DNA of 64,000 bases from Candidatus Woesearchaeota archaeon (lineage in GTDB: Archaea; Nanobdellota; Nanobdellia; Woesearchaeales; BS150m-G63): the NCBI GenBank assembly GCA_016784165.1, contig JADHVD010000002.1, positions 6,045-70,044 on the forward strand, read 5' to 3'. Below, piece by piece: positions 1-9,448 of this stretch. The notes below the pieces were generated by a model. The model was not told the DNA's origin, made no database searches, and was given only the letters and a program-made list of their open reading frames with translations. Position numbers and translations under genes: made by a program. Each line of letters starts with the position of its first letter. The stretch's first letter is position 1.

Positions 1-2
1 CT

Positions 3-1055
3 AAATATTATAAAAAAGTTGGGTCTCTCGAAAAAGCAGATGTTAAAAGATTAGCCACATTAAAACCCACCAAGATTAAAGAGATTGTATCATTAAGTAG
101 GTCTGAAATCAAATCTCTTGTTAAAGATAAAAGAAGTCTTGAAGCTGTAGATGTTAGGTCTATTTCAAAAGAGAAACAAGACTTTAAGAAAAAAGCATTG
201 ATGGTTAGAAAAGTTTCTCAAGCAAAATTAGTTGCTAATGCAAAAAGCATTAAGGAATCTAATGAATTATATGTTGGTGCAAAGAATAAATTGAAAACAG
301 TTAAAGTTGATTTTGCATCAGCTAAAAAGAAATACAAAGCTTGTGTGGGAGATTCTTCTGAAGAGTGTATCAAGATTAAGAAAAATCTTGCTGTAAATTC
401 TAAAGAATATCTAAATAATCTTGCTGATATGATTATTGAAAATGTTAAAAAAGTAAGATTCAAAGTACAGAGTTCTGAAAAACTTACAGACGAACAGGTA
501 GAAGATATTCTTGAAAGAGGAGCTGTCTTGATTGGGAATGTTGAGAACATCAAAGAAAAAATAGATGGGATTAATGAAGATACAAGCAAAGAATCTATAA
601 GAGAAGTTGCTAATGTTGTAAAAGCAGAATTTAAAGACGTAAAAAAGTTTGTTAAAAAAGTTAAATCATTGATGCAAGAAAGAATCGTTGCTAAAGTGCT
701 CGTAAAATTCGATGCTCTGGAAAGCAGACTTGAAAGAGTGCTTGAAAGGATGGAAGAAGAAGGTATGGAGACTACAAAGATAGATGAATTATTAGATCAG
801 TTTAGTGAAAACATCTTTGATGCGAGATCTAATTACAAAGAAGGATTAAAAGCTCAAGATAATGACGATGACGATGCTATGAAATACTTTGCTATCTCAA
901 AAGAAGCATTTAAAGATGCTAAAACAACTCTTAAAGAAATAGTTAAGTTTGTTAAGGGTGAAGGTGGATGGCAAATACTTCAAAATACACCTGATGAAGA
1001 ACCAGAAGAAATAGGGGTTGTTGAAAAAACAACTACTGGCAATATTGCAGAATAA
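3..1055 (+). CDS. Hypothetical K/E-rich coiled-coil protein; the reading frame is open from the window start, so the CDS may be 5'-truncated or start at the ATG at 198
   Basis: Long ORF (track 198..1055) with no in-frame stop back to position 3; K/E-rich heptad-like composition; no recognizable catalytic motif. Confidence 0.5.
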   Translation, partial: KYYKKVGSLEKADVKRLATLKPTKIKEIVSLSRSEIKSLVKDKRSLEAVDVRSISKEKQDFKKKALMVRKVSQAKLVANAKSIKESNELYVGAKNKLKTVKVDFASAKKKYKACVGDSSEECIKIKKNLAVNSKEYLNNLADMIIENVKKVRFKVQSSEKLTDEQVEDILERGAVLIGNVENIKEKIDGINEDTSKESIREVANVVKAEFKDVKKFVKKVKSLMQERIVAKVLVKFDALESRLERVLERMEEEGMETTKIDELLDQFSENIFDARSNYKEGLKAQDNDDDDAMKYFAISKEAFKDAKTTLKEIVKFVKGEGGWQILQNTPDEEPEEIGVVEKTTTGNIAE

Positions 1056-1132
1056 TTGTGATGTTTCCATTGAGTTGATTACTCAATGGTTATCACAATG
1101 GTTTAAATATAACAAATACTGAGGTATTAAAA

Positions 1133-1336
1133 ATGAAAAGAATTATTACAATATTATGCTTGTTTTTCCTGTTTGCCGGATGTGTCCAACAAACAGTGCT
1201 ACCAGACGAGGCTGTTGGAGATTCAAGTATTGACGAACTAAGTGGAGAGCTTGGAGAGTTTGATGACTTAGAAGGAGATATGGATTTTGGTGAACTGGAC
1301 GACATTGAAAGCGAGTTAGATGCCTTTGACTGGTAA
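1133..1336 (+). CDS. Small acidic putative lipoprotein (signal peptide + lipobox LFAGC, D/E-rich tail)
   Basis: MKRIITILCLFFLFAGC hydrophobic signal with lipobox-like Cys, followed by a D/E-rich tail (ELSGELGEFDDLEGDMDFGELDDIESELDAFDW). Confidence 0.45.
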   Translation: MKRIITILCLFFLFAGCVQQTVLPDEAVGDSSIDELSGELGEFDDLEGDMDFGELDDIESELDAFDW

Positions 1337-1371
1337 GTTAAATCTTTATTCTTTTTTTATTTTTTTCTTTT

Positions 1372-3570
1372 TTAAGAAAGAGATGCTAAATTTATTTCTT
1401 GATATAGTTCTTTAATTGTGTTTTTAAGAATCTGTTTTTCTGTATCTTTAAGTTCTAGTGTTGTGAATTGAGACCTTATTTTATTATATAAATTTTTTGC
1501 CCCATCAAAATCTTTTGAGTCTATAAAATTTCTGCAATTGTCTATTAACACATAAATTTCATTATGTTGATATTCTTCATCTTTCATTTCAGAAGTGGCA
1601 GATGGAGAAATGTTTGAAAGATTTTTTTGAAGATATCTATGAAATTCTTCATCCATTAAATCATCCATTTCCGATTCATATTTTTTCTGCTTGGTTTTTA
1701 CTTGTTCTTTTTCTAATTCTAAGTTCTTCTCTTTTTTTTCTAGTGCTGTTTTTTTCCTTAATAATTCATTTTCAACTTTCTTAAGTTCATCTTCTCTTTT
1801 TGGAATATCTACTAAGATTTTAGATTTTTTTGCCAATTTGTTTTCAATACTTCTTAATTCTATGCTAAGTTTTTTTGTATTTGCCCTCAATTCTTTTACT
1901 TTTAGAATCTTTTCTTGATCTTTTTTTGTTTTATTATCTCTTTTAGTTACTTCTTTTTTTATTTTCTTTATCTCTGCCCTTTCTTCCTTTACCTCTGCCC
2001 TAAACTCATCTTTTTCTTGTACTAAATCCAATTCTTTTTGTTTTATTTTTTGTTCTTGTTTAATCAATGAATTTGCTTTTTTTACTAAACTATTTTCTTC
2101 AACCTTCAATAATTTTTCATCTGATTCTAATCTATTTATTTTAGTGATTAACGCTTCTTCTTTTTTAGTTAATAATTGTATATCATCCTCAAACCGCGAA
2201 AGAATGGGTTTAATTTCTCTTTCTTTTATCTCAAGGAAATTTTTGATATTGTTTAACTCAGTGAATTTTATTTTCCATTTTTCTTCTTGGTGATTTATTA
2301 TTGAATCTATCCTTTGGAATTTTTGTTTTAATTCGTTTTTAGTTTTTGTTAGCGTTGTTCTTATTTTTTTAATATCTGATTCTTTATTTGTTAACTTTAA
2401 TTCCTTTTCTTCTATAGATTTTTCTTTCGTAATAACATCCAAGTATTTTTTTCTTAATTTATCTAATACTTTGTCTTTTTCATCTATATTTTTTTTGTCT
2501 TCTGCTAATTTCAATTTTAATCCATTAACTTCTTTCTCTTTTTCTCTTGCGTGCATCAATCTTTCCCTAGTATCGTGATCTGCTCGTTTTTTTAGATTTT
2601 CAATTTGTTGTGTTGCTCTTAAATTTGCAGATTCTAATTCAGAAATTCTTTTTTCTTTTTCTTCAATAGACTTTTCTCGAGTATTTAACAAAGATTTCTT
2701 TTTAGCAAGACGTGATTTTTCTTCTTTGAGGGTGATTAATTTATCTATTTCTTCATTCTTTTTCTTTGACATTTTTTTGATTTGCCCCTTTTCTTCTATT
2801 AATTCTGATTTTTCTTTTTTAAAAAACTTCTTTTTGAAGAATCCTTTTGGGGGTAGTGGAGGGACTATTGTTTCTTCGTTATGGGATAATATTTTTGGTA
2901 ACTTAATTTCCACTTTTTTTGGAGCTTTTGGAGCTTTAATAACTTCTTCTTTTTCTTGTTGTGGCTCTATTGATTGAGTTATTGGAGGGATCGGTTTTTC
3001 TAAAGGTTTTGATAATTCTTCTTTCATAAGTAATTCTTTTTCTTCTTTAAATTTTTTCTCTGTTTCTTTTATCTCTTTTTCGAGAAATTTTATAATTTTT
3101 TTTCTTTTTTTAGCTTTAAGTATCTTTTCTGATAATATGGGGTCTTTGAAAACATCTTTTATCCAATTAGCAATATCATTTTTTTCTTCAGTTATATGTG
3201 CTTTAAATGTGCTGTTATCCATTGTTTTTAATTCTTCAATCATTTGAGGAATATTTTTTATCATTTTCCCATTAGTCAATCTGAAATGTTGATGGGCTGG
3301 TAATTCTTCTGTAAGTTGTTTTTTCATCGGATTTTCCATAGGTTCATCTATTTTTGACTCTCGATGTTTAAATAATTTTGAAAAGAATCTGTTTTTTTTC
3401 TTTGTGGAAGGAAAGAGCGGTATTGTTTCCTCTTTCGTCCCTATGAGTTTTTCCTCTTTTTCCCCCATAATGGAATTTAATAAGATACATGTTTTATATA
3501 TTTTTGTCATATCTTTTAAGTAGGTAGTTGCAGTTACTATTCTATAATGGTTATAGGGGTAAGAAACCAT
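1372..3570 (-). CDS. Large (732 aa) lysine/glutamate-rich coiled-coil protein of unknown function
   Basis: Long ORF dominated by KE-rich heptad repeats; no Walker motifs seen (not SMC-like heads); the antisense + ORFs inside it are low-complexity artefacts. Confidence 0.6.
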   Translation of the reverse strand: MVSYPYNHYRIVTATTYLKDMTKIYKTCILLNSIMGEKEEKLIGTKEETIPLFPSTKKKNRFFSKLFKHRESKIDEPMENPMKKQLTEELPAHQHFRLTNGKMIKNIPQMIEELKTMDNSTFKAHITEEKNDIANWIKDVFKDPILSEKILKAKKRKKIIKFLEKEIKETEKKFKEEKELLMKEELSKPLEKPIPPITQSIEPQQEKEEVIKAPKAPKKVEIKLPKILSHNEETIVPPLPPKGFFKKKFFKKEKSELIEEKGQIKKMSKKKNEEIDKLITLKEEKSRLAKKKSLLNTREKSIEEKEKRISELESANLRATQQIENLKKRADHDTRERLMHAREKEKEVNGLKLKLAEDKKNIDEKDKVLDKLRKKYLDVITKEKSIEEKELKLTNKESDIKKIRTTLTKTKNELKQKFQRIDSIINHQEEKWKIKFTELNNIKNFLEIKEREIKPILSRFEDDIQLLTKKEEALITKINRLESDEKLLKVEENSLVKKANSLIKQEQKIKQKELDLVQEKDEFRAEVKEERAEIKKIKKEVTKRDNKTKKDQEKILKVKELRANTKKLSIELRSIENKLAKKSKILVDIPKREDELKKVENELLRKKTALEKKEKNLELEKEQVKTKQKKYESEMDDLMDEEFHRYLQKNLSNISPSATSEMKDEEYQHNEIYVLIDNCRNFIDSKDFDGAKNLYNKIRSQFTTLELKDTEKQILKNTIKELYQEINLASLS

Positions 3571-3607
3571 AAGGTTTTTAAACTAGCAATTAATCTCAAA
3601 TAGAATA

Positions 3608-3778
3608 ATGGCTGAAATAAAATATTGCACAGGTTGCAAAAAAAATATAGCAAATACTAATGAGGCAGTTAATTTTAAATGTCCTAAATGTGGTAAGCAC
3701 GAGATAATAAGGTGTGATCACTGTAGAAAGATTGCTACAGGGTATACTTGCCCAGAATGTGGATTTGTAGGACCTTAG
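3608..3778 (+). CDS. Small Zn-ribbon protein (4 CxxC pairs) of the type found upstream of EF-1beta in archaea; missed by the ORF track (56 aa)
   Basis: ATG 3608..TAG 3778 translates to MAEIKYCTGCKKNIANTNEAVNFKCPKCGKHEIIRCDHCRKIATGYTCPECGFVGP; lies immediately 5' of the EF-1beta gene, the conserved archaeal arrangement. Confidence 0.65.
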   Translation: MAEIKYCTGCKKNIANTNEAVNFKCPKCGKHEIIRCDHCRKIATGYTCPECGFVGP

Positions 3779-3785
3779 GAATAAA

Positions 3786-4061
3786 ATGGCACAAGTAATA
3801 ATTAGTTTAAAAATTATGCCTGAAAATCCTGAAGTGGATTTAGGTAAAATTGAAAAAATCACTAAAGAAGAGATTATAAAAGCAGTTGGAGAAGGAGAAA
3901 TAAAAGCAAGTATCAATCCTGTTGCTTTTGGTCTTAACTCTTTAGATATTATTTTTGTAATGAATGAAAGCGATAAATTAGATCCTATCGAAGAAACTAT
4001 TGGAAACATAAAAGGCGTTAATTCTGTTGAAGTTACTGATGTTCGTAGAGCTATTGGATAA
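3786..4061 (+). CDS. ef1b: Archaeal translation elongation factor 1-beta (aEF-1beta)
   Basis: 91-aa protein (MAQVIISLKIMPENPEVDLGKIEKI...SVEVTDVRRAIG) with the size and sequence pattern of aEF-1beta; the overlapping 137-aa minus-strand ORF is antisense noise. Confidence 0.8.
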   Translation: MAQVIISLKIMPENPEVDLGKIEKITKEEIIKAVGEGEIKASINPVAFGLNSLDIIFVMNESDKLDPIEETIGNIKGVNSVEVTDVRRAIG

Positions 4062-4080
4062 TTAGTTGAGCATTGATTAG

Positions 4081-4491
4081 ATGAAAAAAGTAATGGTTTT
4101 TGGAACTTTTGATATTCTACATAAAGGTCATGAGGATTATTTTAAACAGGCTAAAGAATATGGCGATTTTCTTATTGTTATTGTTGCTAAAGATGAAAAC
4201 GTAAAATATTTGAAAAGTCAATCTTCCCACTATAATGAAAAAAAAAGATTACACAATGTACAAGAAATAAGCATAGTTGATAAGGCAAGACTTGGAAATA
4301 TTTCCGATAGATTAAAAGTAATAGAAGAAGAAAAACCAGATATTATTTGTTTAGGTTATGATCAAGAAGTCAATGAGGCTGAATTATCGAGTAAACTAAA
4401 TAAAAGGGGTTTAAATATTATAATTAAAAGAATGAATGGTTTTAAAATAAATAAATATAAATCTTCTATCCTGAAAGAAAAAAGGAGTTAA
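4081..4491 (+). CDS. Cytidylyltransferase-like nucleotidyltransferase (archaeal FAD synthetase RibL / PPAT-like)
   Basis: N-terminal GTFDILHKGH (HxGH nucleotidyltransferase motif), ~136 aa, ...ICLGYDQ... typical of small archaeal adenylyl/cytidylyltransferases. Confidence 0.6.
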   Translation: MKKVMVFGTFDILHKGHEDYFKQAKEYGDFLIVIVAKDENVKYLKSQSSHYNEKKRLHNVQEISIVDKARLGNISDRLKVIEEEKPDIICLGYDQEVNEAELSSKLNKRGLNIIIKRMNGFKINKYKSSILKEKRS

Positions 4492-4499
4492 TCAACAAT

Positions 4500-5186
4500 T
4501 TAAAAACTAATTTGATTATCTTTCCATTCGTGTATTTTATTGTAAATTTGTTTCCAATCATAAACTCTGGTTATATTTTTATCTGCTTCAATCATATCTA
4601 TCAATTCATGTTTTTCTGCCCTTGTTTTTTTATTTAATAATTGATCTTCAGAGGTTTTAGTATTCCAAGGATATGAAAAGAGCAATACTTTTTTATCATC
4701 AGCTATTTTTAATGCTGTGTGCGGCATGTCTTCCACCATAAGTTTGACACCTAACTCATCCATCTTTTTTGATTTGTCTTGGGAAAAATAAACCTTATCT
4801 GGATTAAGACCATATTGTTCCAACCAATATTTAGTTCTTTCTTGTGGTTTATTATAAAAAAGTGTGCTTCTGAAAGTTATATAACTTACATCAAATCCTT
4901 CTGATTCTAATTTAAGTATTGTTTCAATTGAATAATCTAATGGTTTAAGATTTTCAAGAAACCCGTTATCAGAATTTTCTTTTAAAATTCTACTAAAGTC
5001 ATGAAAAGTTAATGGTTTTTCTAATTTTTCAGGATGTAAAGAATTTATAACTTCTTCAAAATGATATGAGAGCCAAAGTTTTTTTGACATATTGATATTA
5101 AAGTAAGGGTTGAATATTTCTTTCAGTGCTGTCCCACACATTTCTACAACCACTTCATCTAGATCAAACGCTATTTTAGGTTTCAT
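4500..5186 (-). CDS. HAD-superfamily hydrolase, 5'(3')-deoxyribonucleotidase-like
   Basis: N-terminal IAFDLDEVVV (DxDxV HAD motif I); size ~228 aa. Confidence 0.45.
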   Translation of the reverse strand: MKPKIAFDLDEVVVEMCGTALKEIFNPYFNINMSKKLWLSYHFEEVINSLHPEKLEKPLTFHDFSRILKENSDNGFLENLKPLDYSIETILKLESEGFDVSYITFRSTLFYNKPQERTKYWLEQYGLNPDKVYFSQDKSKKMDELGVKLMVEDMPHTALKIADDKKVLLFSYPWNTKTSEDQLLNKKTRAEKHELIDMIEADKNITRVYDWKQIYNKIHEWKDNQISF

Positions 5187-6258
5187 TGTTTTTTTTTGTT
5201 TTATTTAATTTTTTTATTGTTTTAATTAATTCATTAATGGGGATCGTACTCCTTATAGAAATTGGATTAAAATGGGTGAGTGAGATTTTGTATTTTTTGG
5301 ATATCTCTTTGAAGAGTGCTTCTTTTTTGGGGATTGTTTTAAGTTTGTGTTGTTTTACAATTTGATGGATATTGAAAAATCCAACTGTTTGTATTTTTGA
5401 TTCTTCTGCAATTATTGAAATAAATTGGAGGAGTTCTTTATCGGTTTTTTGAGTGTTTTTCAGCATTTTTGCTGTTAATTTTGGATCCCATAATTGCCCA
5501 ATCCATAGTGGGCCATAATTGTTTATTCTTTCGTGCTGTTTCAGAATTTCGTCTGTTTTTTGTTTTGATTTTTCACATTCAAAAAATACTCTCATGTAAT
5601 GATCTTTTGAGTATGAGAATATGGGGGTTAATGCTTTTTCGTGTTGAGAAGCTATTAGCTGAACTTTTCTTATTAAGATTCTTAACCCTAGTTCATGCAT
5701 TATTGTGTTTGTGTTGTGTGTTGCCCAGTATTTTCTTAGACAGGAATTTGGATATGTGCCACAAAGAGCAGATGTATCTGTTGCTGTTACTGCCAGAATA
5801 CCATTTCTTGAAAGTCTTGTTATTGCCGAATCTAAGAAAGGATTTGGAGTTCCAAATGGGTCAATATCAATATAATCAAAACCTTTTGAATTGAGTAAGA
5901 AAAGATTCGCATCATTTGTTGAAAGTGTTGTTATTTTCTTTGTTTTTGATTTAAGTTTATTTAGGTTTAAGTTTTCTTTAATCAATTCTATTGCTTTTTC
6001 TGAATAATCGTTTAGATAGAGGTGTTTTATTTTATCTTTTTTTAATTCTAAAAGGAACCTTATCCCTCGTATCCCTGTTCCTGCTAGGGGGAGTGCAATC
6101 TGAATTTCTTTTTTTTGTAACGAATTCATCAAAATAATTGAGATGTCTCTATTTAATTTCATAACTGGATTATAGAATACAGGTAATTTTTTTGATATTT
6201 TTTTGTCTATAGGTATATTTAAGAGAGCTTTGCCTTCTTGAATTGTTTTTGATTTCAT
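5176..6258 (-). CDS. trm1: tRNA (guanine26-N2)-dimethyltransferase Trm1
   Basis: PVFYNPVMKLNRDISI and ALPLAGTGIRGIRF motifs characteristic of the TRM1 family; 360 aa. Confidence 0.8.
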   Translation of the reverse strand: MKSKTIQEGKALLNIPIDKKISKKLPVFYNPVMKLNRDISIILMNSLQKKEIQIALPLAGTGIRGIRFLLELKKDKIKHLYLNDYSEKAIELIKENLNLNKLKSKTKKITTLSTNDANLFLLNSKGFDYIDIDPFGTPNPFLDSAITRLSRNGILAVTATDTSALCGTYPNSCLRKYWATHNTNTIMHELGLRILIRKVQLIASQHEKALTPIFSYSKDHYMRVFFECEKSKQKTDEILKQHERINNYGPLWIGQLWDPKLTAKMLKNTQKTDKELLQFISIIAEESKIQTVGFFNIHQIVKQHKLKTIPKKEALFKEISKKYKISLTHFNPISIRSTIPINELIKTIKKLNKTKKNNET

Positions 6259-6308
6259 TTGGAAAAAAAGAAAAAGAAAAAAGGCTTATAAGTTTATCTA
6301 TATATTAT

Positions 6309-6656
6309 TTATATGAAACTTATATACCTATATTTGCAGTTTTTGACATAGTCATTAGTTGCACATAACCTTACCATATGTTCTCCCTTAGGGATGTTAT
6401 AGTTTTCAAAGAAATTGAATGTTGCCATTGTTTCCCCTGCATCTAAATTAACAGAGTTACTTGGAATATATATCCCTAATTCTGGTAAAAGCGCTGTAAC
6501 TCTTAGATTTTCTAAATCAGTATTTCCATATCTGTTTACTAGGTTTGTATGGATTGAGAATTGATCTAATGGATCATATTCATTATATCTTATGTGACCC
6601 ACATAAAAACTTAGTAAAAATATGCTGAGTATTAATGCGGTTAGCTCTTTTTTCAT
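6309..6656 (-). CDS. Small secreted/membrane-anchored hypothetical protein
   Basis: N-terminal hydrophobic segment MKKELTALILSIFLLSFYV; no known motif. Confidence 0.4.
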   Translation of the reverse strand: MKKELTALILSIFLLSFYVGHIRYNEYDPLDQFSIHTNLVNRYGNTDLENLRVTALLPELGIYIPSNSVNLDAGETMATFNFFENYNIPKGEHMVRLCATNDYVKNCKYRYISFI

Positions 6657-6781
6657 TCTATTTACCCCCTAAATAGTTGTGTTAACTAATTGTTACTATT
6701 TTAGAATACTAACTGATATAAAAGCTTTTATGTTTTATAGTGTATAAAAGTATAAATAGAGGGTAATTATCTTGAATTAAT

Positions 6782-7168
6782 ATGGAAGTTTATATGACTA
6801 TTTGTAGTAAAGAAAAGAGAGATTATCCTGGGCTTTTGCCTGCTATTGATATGTATAATAGCGATAGGATTGAAAGTGTTTATGCTAGAAGTAGGAGGGA
6901 TCTTGTTGAGTTTAGAATTCTTTCTGGAAAACATGGACTTTTGAGCGCTATGGATTATATTGTTGATTATGATAAACTATTAACTTTTGAAGGGGTTGAT
7001 GATTTAACTAAATTAGTTTCTAATCAAATTAGATCATCCACTATTGATGAAATATTCTTTTTTGGAAAAGATTTTAAGGAATTTCCTGCATGGGAACCTT
7101 ATTATGCTGTTATTGAAAAAGCGAGTGCTGAAATAAATATTAAATTGAATTATGAGTTAATTAAATAG
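6782..7168 (+). CDS. Hypothetical protein
   Basis: 128-aa ORF with coding-like composition; no recognizable motif. Confidence 0.4.
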   Translation: MEVYMTICSKEKRDYPGLLPAIDMYNSDRIESVYARSRRDLVEFRILSGKHGLLSAMDYIVDYDKLLTFEGVDDLTKLVSNQIRSSTIDEIFFFGKDFKEFPAWEPYYAVIEKASAEINIKLNYELIK

Positions 7169-7249
7169 ATCCCACTAACTAAATAATTGTTTAATGTTTG
7201 TTTTAAAGCACAATATTTAAAAATCATGTGCTGTTTTCTAGGTTTGAAG

Positions 7250-9007
7250 ATGATTCGTAAACCAATTGTTGCCTTTTTGGGGCATGTGGATAGTGGAAAA
7301 ACAAGTTTGCAAGATTTTATTAGAAAAAGCACCATGATTGAGCGTGAAGCAGGTTTAATTACTCAGCATATTGGCGCCAGTAGTGTTCCAATTGAAACAG
7401 TTAAAAGAATTTGTGGAGATTTATTGGAAGGAATGAAACAGGAATTAAGTATTCCTGGATTATTATTTATTGACACTCCTGGACACGAAGCTTTTACTAG
7501 TTTACGTAAAAGGGGGGGGAGTTTAGCTGATATTGCAATTCTTGTTGTAGATATTAATGAGGGATTTATGCCTCAAACTATTGAAAGTGTTAAAATTCTT
7601 ATGGATCAAAAAACACCTTTTGTAGTTGTTGCTAATAAAATTGATTTGATTCCTGGATGGAATAGTGCTAAAGGAAGTGTACTGGGAAATTTAGGAAAGC
7701 AGGCTGATAATGTAAAAAGCATTATTGATACTAAAATTTATGAAATTCTTGGAAGTCTAAGTGAACTTAAAATCAATAGTGAAAGATTTGACAGACTTGA
7801 AGATTATACAAAACAGGTTGCAATAGTTCCTGTAAGTGCTGAAACTGGTGAAGGGATTCCTGAGATGTTGATGGTACTTGCTGGTTTAACTCAGAAATAT
7901 ATGGAAGGGGCATTAGAATGTGATAAAGAGGGTTTTGCCAAAGGAACAGTGCTTGAAGTAAAAGAAGAAAAAGGATTTGGAACAACTTTAGATATTATTA
8001 TTTACGATGGATGTTTGAAAAAAGGAGACCTGATTGTAATTGGGGGGATAGATGGAGCTATAGTTACAAAAATTAAGGCATTACTTGAACCAGCTCCATT
8101 GAGTGAAATAAGGGATAAAAAAAGCGATTTTACTAATGTTAATATTGTTTCTGCAGCTGCAGGAGTTAAGGTTTCTGCAGTAGGAATCGAAAAAGTCATT
8201 GCTGGCGTACCAATAAGATCTTGTGATGCTAAAGATGTCGAGAAAGTTAAAGAAGAATTACAAAAAGAAATTGAAGAAGTTATTGTTGAAACAGATAAAA
8301 ATGGAGTGATTATCAAAAGTGACACTCTTGGTTCTCTCGAAGCTTTGACTAAATTGCTTAAAGATGAAGGGGTTGTTGTAAGAAAAGCCAGTGTTGGAAA
8401 TATCACTAAAAAAGATATAGTTGATGCAGACAGCAGTTATGAAGAAGACCCATTAAAAGCAGTTATTTTAGGATTTAATATTAAGATTGACGAAGGTGTC
8501 GAGACTGGAAGAGTTAAAGTTGTTACTAATAATGTTATCTATAAATTAATTGATGATTTTAAAGAATGGCAGGAAAAACATTTGAAAGAGATGGAAGCCA
8601 AAGAGTTACGTGATTTGACTTTACCTGCTAAAGTTGAATTATTGAAAGGTTATGTTTTTAGGCAAAACAATCCGGCGATTGTTGGTGTTCATGTTTTGAA
8701 TGGGAAAGTAAAATCTGGTGCAAGTGTGATGAATCGTGAAGGGAAAGTTTTGAGTGAGATAAAAGGGATTCAAGCAGAACAGGAAAGTGTTAAAGAAGCT
8801 GAAAAAGGAAAACAAGTTGCTATTTCTTTACCAGACGTAACTGTTGGTAGACAGGTAAATGAAGGAGATATTCTTTATATAGCTGTTCCTGAAAGAGATT
8901 TTAAAAAACTAAAAAAACTCAAGAAATATTTAAGTGCTGAAGATATCGAATTACTCAAAGAGATTGCAGTGATTAAAAGGAAGAAGAACCCTGTTTGGGG
9001 GGTTTAG
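7250..9007 (+). CDS. infB: Translation initiation factor aIF5B (IF-2 homolog)
   Basis: G1 motif GHVDSGKTSL, DTPGHEAF, NKID G-domain motifs, and a C-terminal beta-barrel region typical of aIF5B; start moved to ATG 7250 (MIRKPIVAFLGHVD) from the 7187 track start. Confidence 0.88.
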   Translation: MIRKPIVAFLGHVDSGKTSLQDFIRKSTMIEREAGLITQHIGASSVPIETVKRICGDLLEGMKQELSIPGLLFIDTPGHEAFTSLRKRGGSLADIAILVVDINEGFMPQTIESVKILMDQKTPFVVVANKIDLIPGWNSAKGSVLGNLGKQADNVKSIIDTKIYEILGSLSELKINSERFDRLEDYTKQVAIVPVSAETGEGIPEMLMVLAGLTQKYMEGALECDKEGFAKGTVLEVKEEKGFGTTLDIIIYDGCLKKGDLIVIGGIDGAIVTKIKALLEPAPLSEIRDKKSDFTNVNIVSAAAGVKVSAVGIEKVIAGVPIRSCDAKDVEKVKEELQKEIEEVIVETDKNGVIIKSDTLGSLEALTKLLKDEGVVVRKASVGNITKKDIVDADSSYEEDPLKAVILGFNIKIDEGVETGRVKVVTNNVIYKLIDDFKEWQEKHLKEMEAKELRDLTLPAKVELLKGYVFRQNNPAIVGVHVLNGKVKSGASVMNREGKVLSEIKGIQAEQESVKEAEKGKQVAISLPDVTVGRQVNEGDILYIAVPERDFKKLKKLKKYLSAEDIELLKEIAVIKRKKNPVWGV

Positions 9008-9127
9008 AAAGTTACCCTAATAAAATCATATAATTCTAGAAATAAAGGATAAACATTAAGATTTAGTCTTCATTTAAAAAAGTGGACAAGCAGAAGAGGA
9101 TGGAAGCAAACTAATACGCATTAGTGA

Positions 9128-9365
9128 ACTCAATTCTTCCTCAGTTTCGCGACCCTACAAGCACCAATGTTGATGATTAATGCTGCTCCATTCCTGGCCT
9201 GACATAGTTCTCAGGAACATTAATCCTGTAGGACAAAACCTCAACGTAGGAATCAAGGCTAATAAGCAAAGTTTACACCTCTCCCCAACATTCAGCCCCG
9301 CCATAAAGCCCGTCTGCGGTAACAAGAGAGGGCTAACCCCCCAGCCTAGCTTATCCAAGGTAAAA
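9128..9365 (-). ncRNA. Signal recognition particle RNA (7S/SRP RNA); boundaries approximate
   Basis: GC-rich island in AT-rich DNA; minus strand contains GUCAGGCCAGGAAUGGAGCAGC (SRP RNA helix 8 conserved motif); long helix-5-like pairing CCUACAGGAUUAAUG / CAUUAAUC...UGUAGG flanks it; 5' domain has the hairpins CCGC..GCGG and CCCUCUC..GAGAGGG; the track ORFs 9155..9358(-) and 9180..9368(+) are spurious. Confidence 0.7.
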
Positions 9366-9448
9366 TAAGCAAATTCTGTTTAAAAATCTTTCTGTTTAGG
9401 TAGAAAACTTTATTAAGTTCTATGATATTAGATTATTTGGGGGTAAAG

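Noticed and set aside
1602-2977. Several 60-85-aa + strand ORFs inside the 732-aa coiled-coil gene, and 218..589(-) inside the first gene
   Set aside because: Antisense frames of K/E-rich repeats (poly-F/L/S translations); no independent support.
1372-3570. SMC/Rad50-like protein
   Set aside because: Long coiled coil but no Walker A/B or ABC signature at the termini.
3596-4009. 137-aa minus-strand ORF
   Set aside because: Antisense to two well-supported plus-strand genes (the Zn-ribbon and aEF-1beta); hydrophobic low-complexity translation typical of antisense frames.
9155-9368. Track ORFs 9155..9358(-) and 9180..9368(+) (67 and 62 aa)
   Set aside because: They lie entirely within the GC-rich SRP RNA gene; their amino-acid composition is GC-driven and not coding-like, and the RNA motif explains the region.
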